A DNA stretch of 64,000 nt from Callorhinchus milii (Eukaryota), in contig NW_024704742.1 in NCBI RefSeq assembly GCF_018977255.1, positions 121,522,001-121,586,000 on the forward strand, written 5' to 3'. Numbering within the stretch: the stretch's first letter is position 1; each line of letters starts with the position of its first letter. The notes beneath the pieces are model-generated. The model was not told the origin of the DNA. It saw only the letters and a program-made list of their open reading frames with translations, and did no database searches. The position numbers were made by a program, and so were the translations under genes. Shown here one piece after another: positions 51,251-63,721 of this stretch.

Positions 51251-54200
51251 GGATGGAATGATTTCATTCCTACATAAGTGAATGTTTAGACAGTCACTCT
51301 CCAGATGTGCTGGAGGCAACATTCTTTTCCTTGCTTAATGCTATAAATACAATTACGAGTTGTCAAAAAATAAGATTGAAGCACCTTACTGAGCACCCAG
51401 AAGTACATCCCAACCATGCTTTATGGCACCAGACTTTCTTTCCCCAAGATAGATATTTATTTTGTGTGCCCTCCTCTACAAAATTGAGTTATAACAACAA
51501 CAACAGACATTTGTATAGCACCTTTCACGTCAGGGCATCCCAAAGCACTGGTGAGTCAGGGATCCGCACCTGATATATTGCCCCAATAGCACTGACTAGG
51601 CTCTGGTCTCAGTAACTGAAAAAAAACATCACAAAATGGATGCTATCCACATGTGTAAACAAAGGCATGTGAAATATCCGAGCCTGAGGTAGAGAAATTA
51701 TAATTTCTGGTGGATACACCACTTTAATTCCAATCTTTCAAAAGGCAACCACAGAAAGAATTCTCATGTGTGAAATAGCTCAAGGCAGACCAAATATTTG
51801 AATGGAAAGTCTGCTTTCAATCCAGCAGCAAAATTCAGTCTTCGATGTAATTTGCATGAATCACGGCCATGCTTCAAACTTGCTTATATCAGCTTTTCAC
51901 TTCTGAAAATACAAATGCAACTGCATTTACTGCAGCACACTTTTCAACTTCACAGTAGATTTTACTTATTGTTAAGATTATTAACACTGCTTGATGCATT
52001 GTGTTAAATACTGTATATCCAGGTCCTTTCAATCACGATCCAGTCACGTTTTTATGAATTTTTCACACTGCAACTTTATGGTATGGCACCTTTATGCGTT
52101 TATAAACATTCCAGCATCTTTTTCCTACAACACCAAGCGGTTGAAATTGTTTAGAGCTCATAACAAAACTGAATATATTAAAAAATTGAAATATTTCATG
52201 GTTTTATGTCCACCGACACTGAATAAACAGGATACGTCATCATGATCAACAATAACCAACAAAAAGCATGCTGCCCCAATAACTCATCACAGATAAAAAT
52301 AGTTTACATTTTATTGCTGGCGAGGTTGTATGACACTTAAGAGTAAATTACATTTCTGTTTTTATTTAATTTGCTTCATTAATTTTAAGGAAAAGTTCTG
52401 AGGATGGAGGGCCCTCACCTTGAATATTGTTCAAAATGATGATTGAATTCATTGGTCATGGAGCTAGCTTAAATATCAAAATGAAAGTCTTGTGATCAAT
52501 TTCATCAATAACCCTACAGATAATAGTTCCCTGTGCAACCCCACAGAGAAGCCTCCAGTGATGATATGTGGAATGATGATTGATAAGCTGCAAGCATTAC
52601 TAGTAAGATGATGATTCGGCATATTTCAGCTGTAAGCATAAGCTGTGAACTATTCCATGTAAACAGATATTTTACATTTTAAACCCATATGTGAGACACT
52701 AAGGAAAGAAACTTGCTTCTTACAGCACTTTATCACTTCAAAAGTGTCCGAGAAGCTTCACAAGCAATTACAGTCAACTACAGTGACTATTTGGTACAAA
52801 AATACAGCAGCCATTTATGAAAACTAAGATCCCACAATCAGTTATGAGGTGAATGATCAATTAATCTGGAGGTTTGTTGGCCAAAGTACTGAGAGAACAC
52901 TCTCCTCTTTTTGAATAGTTTCACACACACCTTAGTTTAATCAGTTTCCAAAATTAAATAACGGAAGGACTTGTGTAATTTATGTTCCAATTATTTTAGA
53001 CTTTTAACATTAATGAGTTAAATGGTTAGTAGTTTTGCATCAATTTATGTGGTATAAACATTAAATATTGTTACGAAGTACCATAAAATAAGCAATTTGC
53101 TTTAATCTCTCAGTTCTGCTCTTTAAATCGAGGTCCCAATTGCCTGCTTAGATGGAGGTAATAATTAACACCATTCGAAAAGAGAAGAGAGCTTTTCCCA
53201 GTGTCGAGGCCAACAATCCCCCCCAAAAATGGTCATTCACTTCACAGCTATTGTGGGATGTTGCCGTGTGCAAATTGGCTGCTGTATTTGCCTACAAATA
53301 CACAGCCATTATTTCACAGAATTCTCTGTGAAATGCTTTGAGACATTTCAACATGATACTGTGTTATAAAAAATGCAAGGATTATTTTTACTAGCTTCTG
53401 GAAAATAAATGCTATAGCTTCACATTCTCTAGCACTCAAACTATTCAATGTTTCGTGAAATGCAAAAAAAGGCATAGTATAAATAAGTTTCAGTATCAGA
53501 CTCAATGTTTAATAACCATACAGTTAGAATTTTTAATCATTTTGTCACTTTATTAATGGGAGTGAAATTCTTATACACAATTTTAAGAACCACTTTCTGA
53601 CAATTTTTACTGCTGATTTAAAGAACAAGTAAATGACTGAATAATAAACTACCATTGCTGGAGGCGCGCAATAATAAAAGAAAGGAGACAAAAAAAAATG
53701 AAAAGAAACCCAACACATCGGTGATTTTGGACCATTCGAACATTATTTGGGAGTCTGTGTACCCCTTAGGGTCTGCTTTTCTAATTGCTGGTGGAGGAAC
53801 ACCACTCTACAATACTCTGAATAAAGATGGCAAAAATGGCTTTCTTCCAAGAGATACATAGCACATTGACACTTCAAAAACAATGTCTGTCTCTCTTTCC
53901 TCTCCCTGGACCAAATCTTCAGTCTTTAGTAAATACTGCCACCTACAGCTCAGAAATTGTGTATCATGGTAAGCAACAGCAGGAGGCCACAATGTTATAT
54001 GCACTTTCATCAGTCTGTAGACACAAACATAAAAGATTAAGAGCAAAATCACATACCCATTTGGTTGAATATGCAGATTTATTTGAACTGTCAATTTTGT
54101 GCTTTGTGAAAATCAAGTTGTGTAAAATAAAATTAAGATTGGAGTACATGATGGTGAAATAACCATTATCTTACATTAAAAACATCATGAATTTATGCCA

Positions 54201-55219
54201 AGTATCTGAGACAACAGCTTTACTTCCCTATGATCCATGAGCATTCCTAAAAAACACTTTGTATGTTGTTTTTTACTGTCACTATTGGGTGGTCATAGCC
54301 CCACCAGCGAATAATAAGTGCATACATTTGATTCTCATTGTATACACTAATTCACTCAACACCAACAATAATTCTGAATGATTGGTTCTCCACCACCCCG
54401 CTTCAGCTTTGAAATCGATTTTAGACCAGTTTAGGAGTGACAAGGGTTTATAATTAGAAATGTTGTAAAAATTCCACTGCCTTGGTGGCTAAGTTTTAAA
54501 TTTTATTTTTACCAAGAAATTTGGGGAGACAAATTTGTTTAAAACATATAACTCCAACACAATCTGATATGAGGTTTGAACCTACATACATTGACTTCTA
54601 AGGATTACACACTACACTATAACATTTATATCACTAACCATCAGGGTTTACATGATAGGACCAAACACTGAAAGTTACAATAAACATTATAATCCACTTG
54701 TATAATGACAATAATAATAATAATCCTTGCATTTGATATATAGCCCTATTGTGTCAGGAGAAACAGCTGAAAATAGTAAATTTTGTTCACAGCATTGCCT
54801 CAGAAACAGCCATGAAGTGAATGACCAACTTTATCGGGGGATTTGTTTGTCAGAATAACGAGAGAAACTCTCATTCTCTTTCCAACGGGCACCTGAACAA
54901 GCAGTCAAGACCTCAGTTTAACATCTCATCCGAAGGACGGCGCCTCCGGCAAAGCCTCACGCCCTCAGCAAAATTTAAAAAAAAATTTAAACAACAATAA
55001 TAACAATAATAATAATAATCCTGGCATTTGATAATAGCGCCTTATCAGGACTTCGAGTCGTCTCAAAGAGCTTCACAGGATGTACAAAAAAAATGCAAAA
55101 CACATTAAAATTTAAAAAAAAACACTGAATTGGAGAGGCGAAGGCGACTTAAGACTGAATGAGTTGAGTGAGTTCAAGTGGGGCCTTGAGCCCACAAACT
55201 TCTGACTGAGGTCAGGGAC

Positions 55220-55445
55220 TGAGTGAGTGAGTGAGTGGTAACCAGACTGGTTACCCTTCAGACAGACAGACAGAGTGAGTGAGTGGTAACCAGACTGGTT
55301 ACCCTTCAGACAGACAGACAGACAGAGTGAGTGGTAACCAGACTGGTTACCCTTCAGACAGACAGACAGAGTGAGTGACTGAGTGAGTGGTAACCAGACT
55401 GGTTACCCTTCAGACAGACAGACAGACAGACTGAGTGAGTGAGCG
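55220..55445. repeat. Minisatellite, 4 units of 48-56 bp: (GAGT)n-GGTAACCAGACTGGTTACC-CTT-(CAGA)n
   Basis: Identical 19-bp palindrome at 55237, 55285, 55333 and 55389, separated by variable tetranucleotide runs. Confidence 0.95.
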
Positions 55446-55508
55446 GACCCCTGCGCCCTTCACTCATCTGCTGACGACACGCCCCGCCCGGGGTGACGGT
55501 GCGCTCAC

Positions 55509-55623
55509 CTGCCCAGCCTTCCTGCCGGGGGATGCAGTAATACTTGTTGCCCAGGTGGTCGGTTCCCACCAGCTGTTTGACGAGGCCGAAGCTCCTGCTG
55601 AGCAGCGCCCGCAGCCTGTCCAT
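55509..55623 (-). CDS. NDUFAF2: NDUFAF2 (mitochondrial complex I assembly factor 2, NDUFA12-like) coding exon 1; remaining exons not found in window
   Basis: ATG at 55623 gives MDRLRALLSRSFGLVKQLVGTDHLGNKYYCIPRQEGWAG. The GTDxxGNKYY motif is typical of the NDUFA12/NDUFAF2 family. Phase-1 donor CAG|GTGAGC at 55509/55508. Head-to-head with ERCC8 as in mammals. Confidence 0.93.
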
Positions 55624-55978
55624 CGCCTGCGTCTCCCCCCCCCCGCACCGCCCAGCAACAGCACACCCGATTGGTGCTCCCGGCTCCATTGGAGCCAATC
55701 CGAGCGGCGCTTCTTGGCGGTGACCCCTCACCTCCCAACATGGCGGCGCCTAGCGCCGGCGGGTCCCGTTGTCATGTAAACGGCGCGCGGCGGGAGCCAG
55801 TCCGTTATTAGGATGTATTTGGGTGCGGGGGTTTGACGTTGTTCTCTTTGTGTGATTGTTTTTTTCGGGGGAGGGGGGGAGAGGGAGCGCATCTTTTAAA
55901 ATCTCTGGGGCAGAGAGAGAGAGAGAGAGAGACGTGCGGCGCGGCGGATGTGGGAGGCCGACGCCCGGGCTCCAGGCG
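55624..55978. promoter_or_regulatory. Bidirectional CpG-island promoter and 5' UTRs shared by NDUFAF2 and ERCC8
   Basis: 355 nt between divergent ATGs inside the only CpG-dense tract of the window (~55440-56420). CCAAT boxes at 55670-55674 and 55688-55692 (ATTGG) and 55695-55699 (CCAAT). YY1-type CAACATGGCGGC at 55736-55747. (GA)n at ~55912-55932. Confidence 0.85.
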
Positions 55979-56055
55979 ATGCTCGGTCTCTTGTCGGCTC
56001 GTCAGGGCGGCTTCAATGAGCCGCTGACACTGAGACGAGCCGAGTCCACCAGGAG
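55979..56055 (+). CDS. ERCC8: ERCC8 (CSA, WD40 DNA excision repair protein) coding exon 1
   Basis: MLGLLSARQGGFNEPLTLRRAESTRR matches the CSA N-terminus. Donor AG|GTGAGT. 77 nt. Confidence 0.96.
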
Positions 56056-57281
56056 GTGAGTGCGACCCGCGCCCGGACCCTGGCAACCGCGAGAGCAAGG
56101 AGTGGGGGGGGGGGGTTCATGCTGGAAACCTGGATGTCAGATGACCAACCAATGACTGTCCTCCTGGCCCGGGGTGGGGTCTCTTTGATGCTGAATTGGC
56201 TCCGAGGTGACATGTTTGGCTAAGGAATCGAGTCAGCCCTCGGTGACGGTCTCTGGGGGGGGGGGTCTGGTTCCCGAGCCGGGCGAGGCCGCAGTATTCC
56301 AGGGCGCTGCTGATGACAGCACTGCTCTCCGGAATTAATTTTGAGGGCGAAGCGTCCCAATGAGCATCTCCAGAATTTCCACGTGGAGGGTGGGCTGCGT
56401 GGCACTCTCCGTTCCGCTTGGATACTCTTGAGCATAAGTCATGGTTTTCTGCTGGTGCCAAGACACTCGAATGGCCAAACAAAATCCCGGAAACTTACGG
56501 GAAGGTGTGGTAATCCTGGAAACTGAGCTGGTATCCAAGAAACCGAGGGGAGCAAGGAGGGAGGCTTATCCCGGAAATCTGTTGGGATTATGCTGAATTC
56601 TGGGGGAGTACTCAGGAAACTGGAGGAGTGCAAGATTACCACAGCAACAACTTGCATTGATATAACACCTTTCGTGTAGGATAACAGTCAGGAGCGTTTC
56701 ACAGAGACGGCATCAGACATGAGGAAGAGGAAGAAGAGTTCTTTAGGTGTTATTTAAAGGCAGATACAGAGGAGCCAATGTTGGTGACTCGGAGGAGCCA
56801 TGGCAGAGCCGCGTTTCACAAGTAGAGGGGTTCAAGCCGAAGAGCGGGGTAGGAAAGATCACAGAGATTGAGGGGTACTAGGGCATGAAGGGTTTGTAGG
56901 TGAGGGTGAGGATGTTGAAATTGATCATGTATCGTGTGCATGATCTTTTGTTTGCATTTTGGTTCATATGTTTATGTAATTGGAAATCAATATGTCTCTG
57001 TCATTCTCAAAACTAGAATCCTAATCAGATCTGTAATATTATCCTACTCCATATAGTTTCAGAAACATTATTAGAGTACTTTGCAAAATATATTGGAAGT
57101 TTGTTTAGCCAGCGTTATGGGTAGAGTAATTTGAAAACTTTCATGAAGAATTGGTAAGACCATTAAAATTGGCCTTAGACCAATATTTTTATTAGACTAA
57201 AGCTATTTTTATGAATTTAAGAAAAAATGTTAGTAGCTAATTTTGTCTGAGAATAAATATGCTTCTATCTTTTGTATCAAG

Positions 57282-57377
57282 GGTTTTAAATCTGGAGTTA
57301 AATAAAGATCGGGATGTGCAGAGAATCCATGGAAGTGGCGTTAACACTATTGATATCGACCCTATTGAGGGAAAATA
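57282..57377 (+). CDS. ERCC8: ERCC8 exon 2
   Basis: [32 protein letters not shown]. Acceptor caag|G, donor TA|gtaagt. 96 nt, frame continuous with exon 1. Confidence 0.95.
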
Positions 57378-58849
57378 GTAAGTACAGTGTGTGGTTTACA
57401 CTCTGTTTGACAAAACCTACAGTGACAGATGAAATTCAGGTTTAAAATGCAGACTATTTTGTGCGCTTTTCTAATTTTAAAATAATTTTTAAAGTAAAAT
57501 AACAAAAAAAACTTTCATTTCACAAAGCTCCTTTAACAATAAAACATCTCCCAAGTGCTTCACAGAAAATAGTTGGAAAATATGGTGACTGTATTTGTAC
57601 GTAAGTGTAATAGCCACAAGCGTGTCCTGCAAACAGCTATGAATTCTCCAATTTATCTGGAGAATTGTTGGCCAGGGCACCAATTGAATCATAGCATTGA
57701 CTGTTCAGGAAGACAAGATCCCATGCAATATTTAAAAAGAGATGGGTGTCCTGGCCAACAATACCCCAGACAACATTGCTCATTCACCTACTGGCTGTTT
57801 ATGGGACATTGTTGTGCACAAATTGGCTGCTGTATTCACACACAAACGCACAGTAACTACATTTTACAATAATTCCTAAAGTGCTAACGTAAAGCACTTT
57901 GAGACATTTCAATGTTGTGATAAGGTGCTATATCAAATCAAGAATTTTTAATGCCCAGTTCAACAGGTAGATAGACCCTTCTAACATTTCATCCAAAGGA
58001 AGGCACCTCCAACAGTCTAGGCTGCTACCATTCAAGACCGCGGCTGCAAGGAGAATTTGAGTACAATTATAGCTTTTATGAAATTTCACAAAATAATAAT
58101 TTATATTTACATAAGTGCTTTTAACGATAAAATACACTTTCTGAAGGCTTTACCAAAAATAAATGATTGGAAATGAAAATCAACATTATTGGCAAAAGTG
58201 TCAACTAACCCATGTCACCAGTGTGCCATAAATAGCACTGAAGAGAGCAGCCACATCATTTAAATTTGGGGGTAAATTTGGATTGTGAGGGAATATAAAA
58301 CAGAATAACCAGGAGGAAGACTCCACGTTGCTCTGAAATAACAATGGTAGACAATTATACATAAAAATATTAGCAACGCAGGCATTTTCTGGTTATAATT
58401 CCAAAGCATTGCTCAGATTTCTTTATTGTTAAAATGTTCAATCATATATTTCTACAAAATGTTCACAGTCCGCTATACACAATTTTCTCAATGAAAGGTA
58501 AATAGACTTAACAGCTCATTTTGTAATCTTAGAAAAGCAAGAACTCTTAAATGTTTGAATTGATTTTGGGGGGGGGGGGTTTAAGAAAGGAGGAAATTAA
58601 GTTCTTAATGTGGCCACAAAGCCATGAATTATATCAAGCTGCTTTAGTGCTGTGCCAAGGTGCAGATGAACCTTTATACAAAATCCAGGTCTAGAAAATG
58701 AACTTCAATTTAAGATGGGCAAAGTAATCTTATTTTGTCCTTTTAATGGAAACACTATAATTTATTTGAAGCTTTATAGTGCAAGTTCTACTTTTTTGCT
58801 CCAGTTTTACTTTGTGTATTGCACTAAACCTTATTAATTCTTCCTTTAG

Positions 58850-58951
58850 CATGCTTTCTGGTGGGTCAGATGGTGTCATTGTAATCTATGACCTGGAGAA
58901 CATCAGTAGGAAGCCGCAGTATACCTGTAAGGCAATCTGTACAGTGGGCAG
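58850..58951 (+). CDS. ERCC8: ERCC8 exon 3
   Basis: [34 protein letters not shown]. tttag|C ... AG|gtagga. 102 nt. Confidence 0.95.
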
Positions 58952-59044
58952 GTAGGAATCCATTTGATTAATTTATTAAGACACCAAGTAATGCCTAATT
59001 CAAAATCTAGCTAGTTACTAAAAATGATATCTTTTCTTCAAAAG

Positions 59045-59168
59045 GTCTCATCAGCACTCACACAAATTCAGTGTGGAGACTGTTCAGTGGTACCCCTGTG
59101 ACACTGGCATGTTTACTTCAAGCTCATTTGATAAAACACTAAAAATCTGGGATACAAATAGCCTTTTG
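59045..59168 (+). CDS. ERCC8: ERCC8 exon 4
   Basis: [41 protein letters not shown] (WD repeat). aaag|G ... TTG|gtaagt. 124 nt, preceded by a 93-nt intron. Confidence 0.95.
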
Positions 59169-59329
59169 GTAAGTTTAGTGTTTATGTAGAAAATATATGA
59201 TTCTTATGTGGTGGAAATGCAAACAATTACTCAATGTTGGACAGGATCACTTAATTTTTTAAAGCTGAAAGTTTTCTGTGGTAAACAATACAAAGTTCAG
59301 CTTTTTATTTTTTAATCATCTCCCAAATT

Positions 59330-59720
59330 TAGTAGCACTGAGATCCAGTAATTTGCCAGAAAAGGTCAAGGTTGTGGGTTTAAGCTCCACATTGGGAATT
59401 TGAATTCACATAGCTGACACTCCAATGCAGTGCTGGGGGTGTGCTGCATTGTTGGAGGTGCTGTCCTGCAATGAGATATAAACTGAGGTCCCATCTGCCA
59501 ATTCAGGTGGATGTTGGAGATCCCATGGCAAAAAGAGACGGGCGTTTCTCTGGCCATCAATCCCCCAAATAAGTCTGGTCATTCATTTCATGGCTGTTTG
59601 TGAGAGACTGCTTTTGCTACATTTGCTTCCAAAATAGTCATTACACTTTACAGCAGATGCTGTGAAGTGCTTTGAGATGTTTCAACAATTGAAAGGCACT
59701 ATATCAAATGTAATTTTTAA
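59330..59720 (+). mobile_element. Older Deu-type SINE in ERCC8 intron 4
   Basis: gtgctgcattgttggaggtgctgtc...aggtggatg...gatcccatggca body, related to 24560-24893 and 53120-53390. Confidence 0.7.
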
Positions 59721-60061
59721 AAATAATTTTACGTCACTGCTGGAGTATGTAAACCATATTTTCTGCAGACAAATTAAAGTACGTTACGTTGATTTTTTCA
59801 AGATCAACAGTAACAACAGTTCACATTTGTATAGTCTTTCATATTTGGAGAACATCTCAAAGTGCTTTAGTGAGACTGAGTGGGGAGGTCAAGCTGGAGG
59901 GGCAAGTTTGAGGAGGATGACTGAAGTGATCTTGGATCAAAATCAAGATTTAGTGAGCTGATGTGATGTGTATGGGATTCCGTGCTAACATAACATAACA
60001 TTTGCTGAAAGGAGTTCACCAAATGCTTGTTTCACACTGGTAATTTTATTTTATTACATAG

Positions 60062-60143
60062 CCTGCTGAAGTGTTCACGTTTGAAGGAACCGTCTACTGT
60101 CATCATATGTCACCAATTGCAACCAAGCATTGTCTAATAGCTG
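60062..60143 (+). CDS. ERCC8: ERCC8 exon 5
   Basis: [27 protein letters not shown]. catag|C ... G|gttcgt. 82 nt. Confidence 0.93.
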
Positions 60144-60836
60144 GTTCGTATAACAACTTACAGCTTTGTATGCTGGAACTGCCAAATGTGTAATGTTAAA
60201 TATTTATCAAAAAAAATTCTAGTAGAAGATTTATCTTTTTTAACTCAAACACTCATTGTTCTGCTGCAGTTTTAACCTTTTGAAATCTGAGGTTACCATT
60301 TTGACGTATTATATCCTAAATTATTATCAAGTATGGGTAATGATGTTCGTATGACCAATTGTGAACTTATAATGGTAAATGTGGAATTGAATTGTAGGCT
60401 ATGAAGGTATGAAGGTCCCTTGGGTATGGAACAGTAAAATCATTCAAGGTTCCTGCTTCTGATTCTGTTGGTTGAATAGCTCACTGACTGACTGCTGTTA
60501 ATGCACAAAGAATGGCTGGTTGAACCAAACAATAGAAGGCTGTTACCATCTGCAAAGCCATAACATTGCATGGGTTATTTAAGCCACGTTCCACAAGGGA
60601 ACATTAAGTGTTCTCATCCATGTTGATGGTACAACATTAATTTTCTACAGTGCTATTTTGAAGAATTATGATAAAATGCATGTTGTAGTATTTGAGATGT
60701 AGAAATAAAATTGCTGTGTTGATTGATTAATATGCAAACATTTCTAGCTGTTATTTAGTGTTTCTCATTTTTAATACTTTATGCAGCAATTGTTAAAATG
60801 TGATGATTCCTTTGTAAACAGATCTCTTTGTTTCAG

Positions 60837-60905
60837 TTGGTACCAAGAATCCCAAAGTGCAGCTTTGTGATCTTAAGTCTGGATCCTTCACCCACATTTT
60901 ACAGG
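60837..60905 (+). CDS. ERCC8: ERCC8 exon 6
   Basis: [23 protein letters not shown]. tttcag|TT ... G|gtaagc. 69 nt. Confidence 0.94.
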
Positions 60906-62097
60906 GTAAGCTCTCTCTAGAAGCCCCGACAATACTCAAATGAAAATGATTTAAAATTAATTCTCTTTATACAAATCAATTATATTGTATCAGCTTGGCT
61001 CAGTTGGTAGTATTCTCAGGCTTTGGGTTTGTATCGCTCATCAGGACTTGAGCTCATAGCCTTGGCTGACTCTCAAGGGTAGTAGGGGAGGAGCGCTGCA
61101 TTGTTGGAGACATTTTCTTTCAGATGATAATTTCACAAATTAATCTGAAAAAATTTGATGTATCAAAAATCCTTCCAGTTATTTGGTCATTAGTGCCATG
61201 GTTGCAGGTGACGTGTTTTGAAATATTTGAATTGATAGGCTTTATAAAAATGTAATTTCTTCAAGTTATTTCATTAAACAACACAACCACTGTGATAATG
61301 AGAAGCTTCGGTGCGCACCGTATCAAAAGAGTTATTGTAAGTACAGTATACACTCGGGAAAAGCAAAGACAGCCCAGATGCAAGAGATGCCAAGGCCAAT
61401 TTTTTTAAAAAAAGTTCATGACTAAAAGTAATTTGTGTAAAATCTTTGAATTATGTGCCCTTTTTGCAGCTTTTAGGAAATCTTTTTGATTTGGGGAATC
61501 TGCTGCTGGAATAGTACGAGAAAAGTTGAAGTGCTATCCTTTCTTTAAGCATTTTTTTCACTATAAAGCTTTACAGGTTTACATTATGTTATGTTAAACC
61601 TGATCTACAAATGCTAAACTTTATTTTGTAAAGTAAATATTGTATTGACTTTCAATGTAGGAAAAGTCCAAATCTGGGTGTAAGGGGAGGTGGGAACTCC
61701 TATTTAAAAAAAATCATAGTTGAATGCCACGCAGAATGTATATTTCTATTGCTCATGATATATTCTGCTTAAGACTATAATAATAAATAATAGAATAGTG
61801 CCTTATCACAACATCAAAACATCACTAAGCACTTACTATAAAGTGTATTGACTGTAATTGTAGGCAAAAAGGGCAGCCAATTTGCACATAGCAATGTCCT
61901 TCAAACAGCCATGAAGTGAATGACCACTTGAACAAGCTTCTAACTCAAACTTGAGAATGTTGCCAACTGAGCCAGATCAGGCTCACACATTGATGAAAAA
62001 CAAAGATTTTGTCAGCCCCTTGTAGTAATTTATTTTTGTATTTTATAATCATTTACATTCTTTGTACTTCCTAATACGGATATTTCCTCCTTTTTAG

Positions 62098-62164
62098 GTC
62101 ATAAAGGTGAGGTGTTATCAGTGAAATGGTCACCACGTCATGAACATATCTTAGTAACAGCAAG
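62098..62164 (+). CDS. ERCC8: ERCC8 exon 7
   Basis: GHKGEVLSVKWSPRHEHILVTAS. tttttag|GT ... AG|gtaatt. 67 nt. Confidence 0.94.
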
Positions 62165-62395
62165 GTAATTGATTTTAAAAAAAATGCATGTTTTAAGGTA
62201 GAAATACAGGTTTGGTAAAGTGACTTATAAGGTCACTATTAATTAAGTAATTGGACACTTTTAAAACTAGGCGACATGTGCCTTTATGTTGTATAAAATT
62301 GGGCTTTCCTGCAAATATTCCTCCCATGAATGCAGTGCGTTCTTTCCCTCTAAACTGCCATCACCTCACCCTGAAAAAAAAAATTTGTCTCGACA

Positions 62396-62768
62396 TGGAG
62401 TCCTATAGCTCAGTGGTTAGAGCATTTGCCTCGCAAGGGAGAGACCTGAGTTTGATTCTTGGCAGGGCAAAACTTGGGCAAGTTTCCCTACTCCACAGCC
62501 TCTGCTTACCTAGCAGTAAGTAGGAAAATAGGAACCCGGTTGTCAGTCGATTGGCAGATTGCTTTTCTGGGGGGGGGAATAATTCCTTAAAAAAAAATTA
62601 GTCACTCAATCAATGACTGTTTGTGGGACACTGCTGTGCGTAATTCGCTGCCTCGTTTTGTCCACAAAATATACAGTCAATTCATTTTACAGTATATTCT
62701 GTGAAGCGCTTTGAGACATCTCGAGGATACGTGATAAGGCACTATATCAAATGCAAAGATTATTATTC
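62396..62768 (+). mobile_element. tRNA/Deu SINE (long form) in ERCC8 intron 7
   Basis: Family match. Confidence 0.9.
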
Positions 62769-63171
62769 AGTGCCATTGACTTATTAAATCTCTTCATGAA
62801 CAAGTAACAATAACTTTACCCTGGGCAGTTCCATTCTTGCACAGGTAGTTTTGGTAGGAGAAGTAACCCCATAAGGCATTCGTGAAAGTTTTTTTTTAAA
62901 CAGTAAAACTACACATTTCTACTATTTATCACAAATAATTTGACTATGTTAGCTATATCCCTATCCTGATCACACTCCAGTGCCCTTGCTGGAAAGTGGA
63001 CAGATATTGATCTGGGTTTAGGACGGAATCAGCTCAAAAGAATCGGCTTGGCCATGATGTGACAAAGGTTGAATAGCCTGTCAACCCTCACTGTCAAGGC
63101 TAACTGTACCCAGTGGAAGGGGAAAAAAGGATCCAACTTTCAAGAGTTGGGAAAAGTAATCGCTTCCGTCT

Positions 63172-63497
63172 GTGGAGTCCTGTAGCTCAGTGGTTAGAGC
63201 ACTCGCTTTGCAAGCGAGAGACCTGAGTTCAATTCCAGGCAGGGCGAAACCTTGGGCAAGTTTCCTTACTCCACACAGAGCCTAATAATAATCCCTCCAA
63301 AACCAAAAACAATAATAAATTGGTCTTTTTCAATCCACGACTGTTTGTGGGACATTGCTGTGCGCAATTGGCTGCCGCGTTCGCCCACAAATATATACAG
63401 TCAATTCACTTTACAGTGTGTTCTGTGAAGCGCTTTGGGACGTCCTCCCAACGTGAAAAGCGCTATATCAAATGCAAGGATTATTATTATTATTATT
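63172..63497 (+). mobile_element. tRNA/Deu SINE (short form, young) in ERCC8 intron 7
   Basis: Very similar to 33611-33929, with intact A/B boxes. Confidence 0.9.
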
Positions 63498-63531
63498 TCT
63501 CAAATATGTTTTTCTATCAAATGTTTCTTAG

Positions 63532-63635
63532 TGCTGACAGTAAAGTTAGATTCTGGGACGTACGTCAAGCTGCGGGAAGTGTAATTGTACTTGATCAGCA
63601 CAATGGTGAAACTGCCAAGTCTTCTTCAGAGGCAG
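63532..63635 (+). CDS. ERCC8: ERCC8 exon 8 (gene continues beyond window)
   Basis: [34 protein letters not shown]. cttag|T ... G|gtaata. 104 nt. Confidence 0.94.
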
Positions 63636-63721
63636 GTAATAACCACCCCTTTATTTTTGCTTGTCAGGTATTTTATTTATTTTCTCATGTCTTTTTCTCT
63701 TCAACCATGCATTCACCTCCC

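Noticed and set aside
53870..54016. Minus-strand exon after the strong acceptor ttttatgtttgtgtctacag
   Set aside because: Immediate stop in the NDUFAF2 frame, no convincing donor and no recognisable homology.
55237..55407. CRISPR-like array of palindromic repeats
   Set aside because: Spacers are near-identical microsatellite runs, there are no cas genes, and the context is a vertebrate intron.
55354..55731. 125-aa ORF as a complete gene
   Set aside because: Only 55509-55623 is NDUFAF2-like. The rest is UTR/promoter and read-through into the intronic minisatellite.
63174..63250. tRNA-Ala(TGC) gene (also 33613, 62397 and others)
   Set aside because: These are SINE heads: no proper acceptor stem, and each continues into the SINE core and tail.
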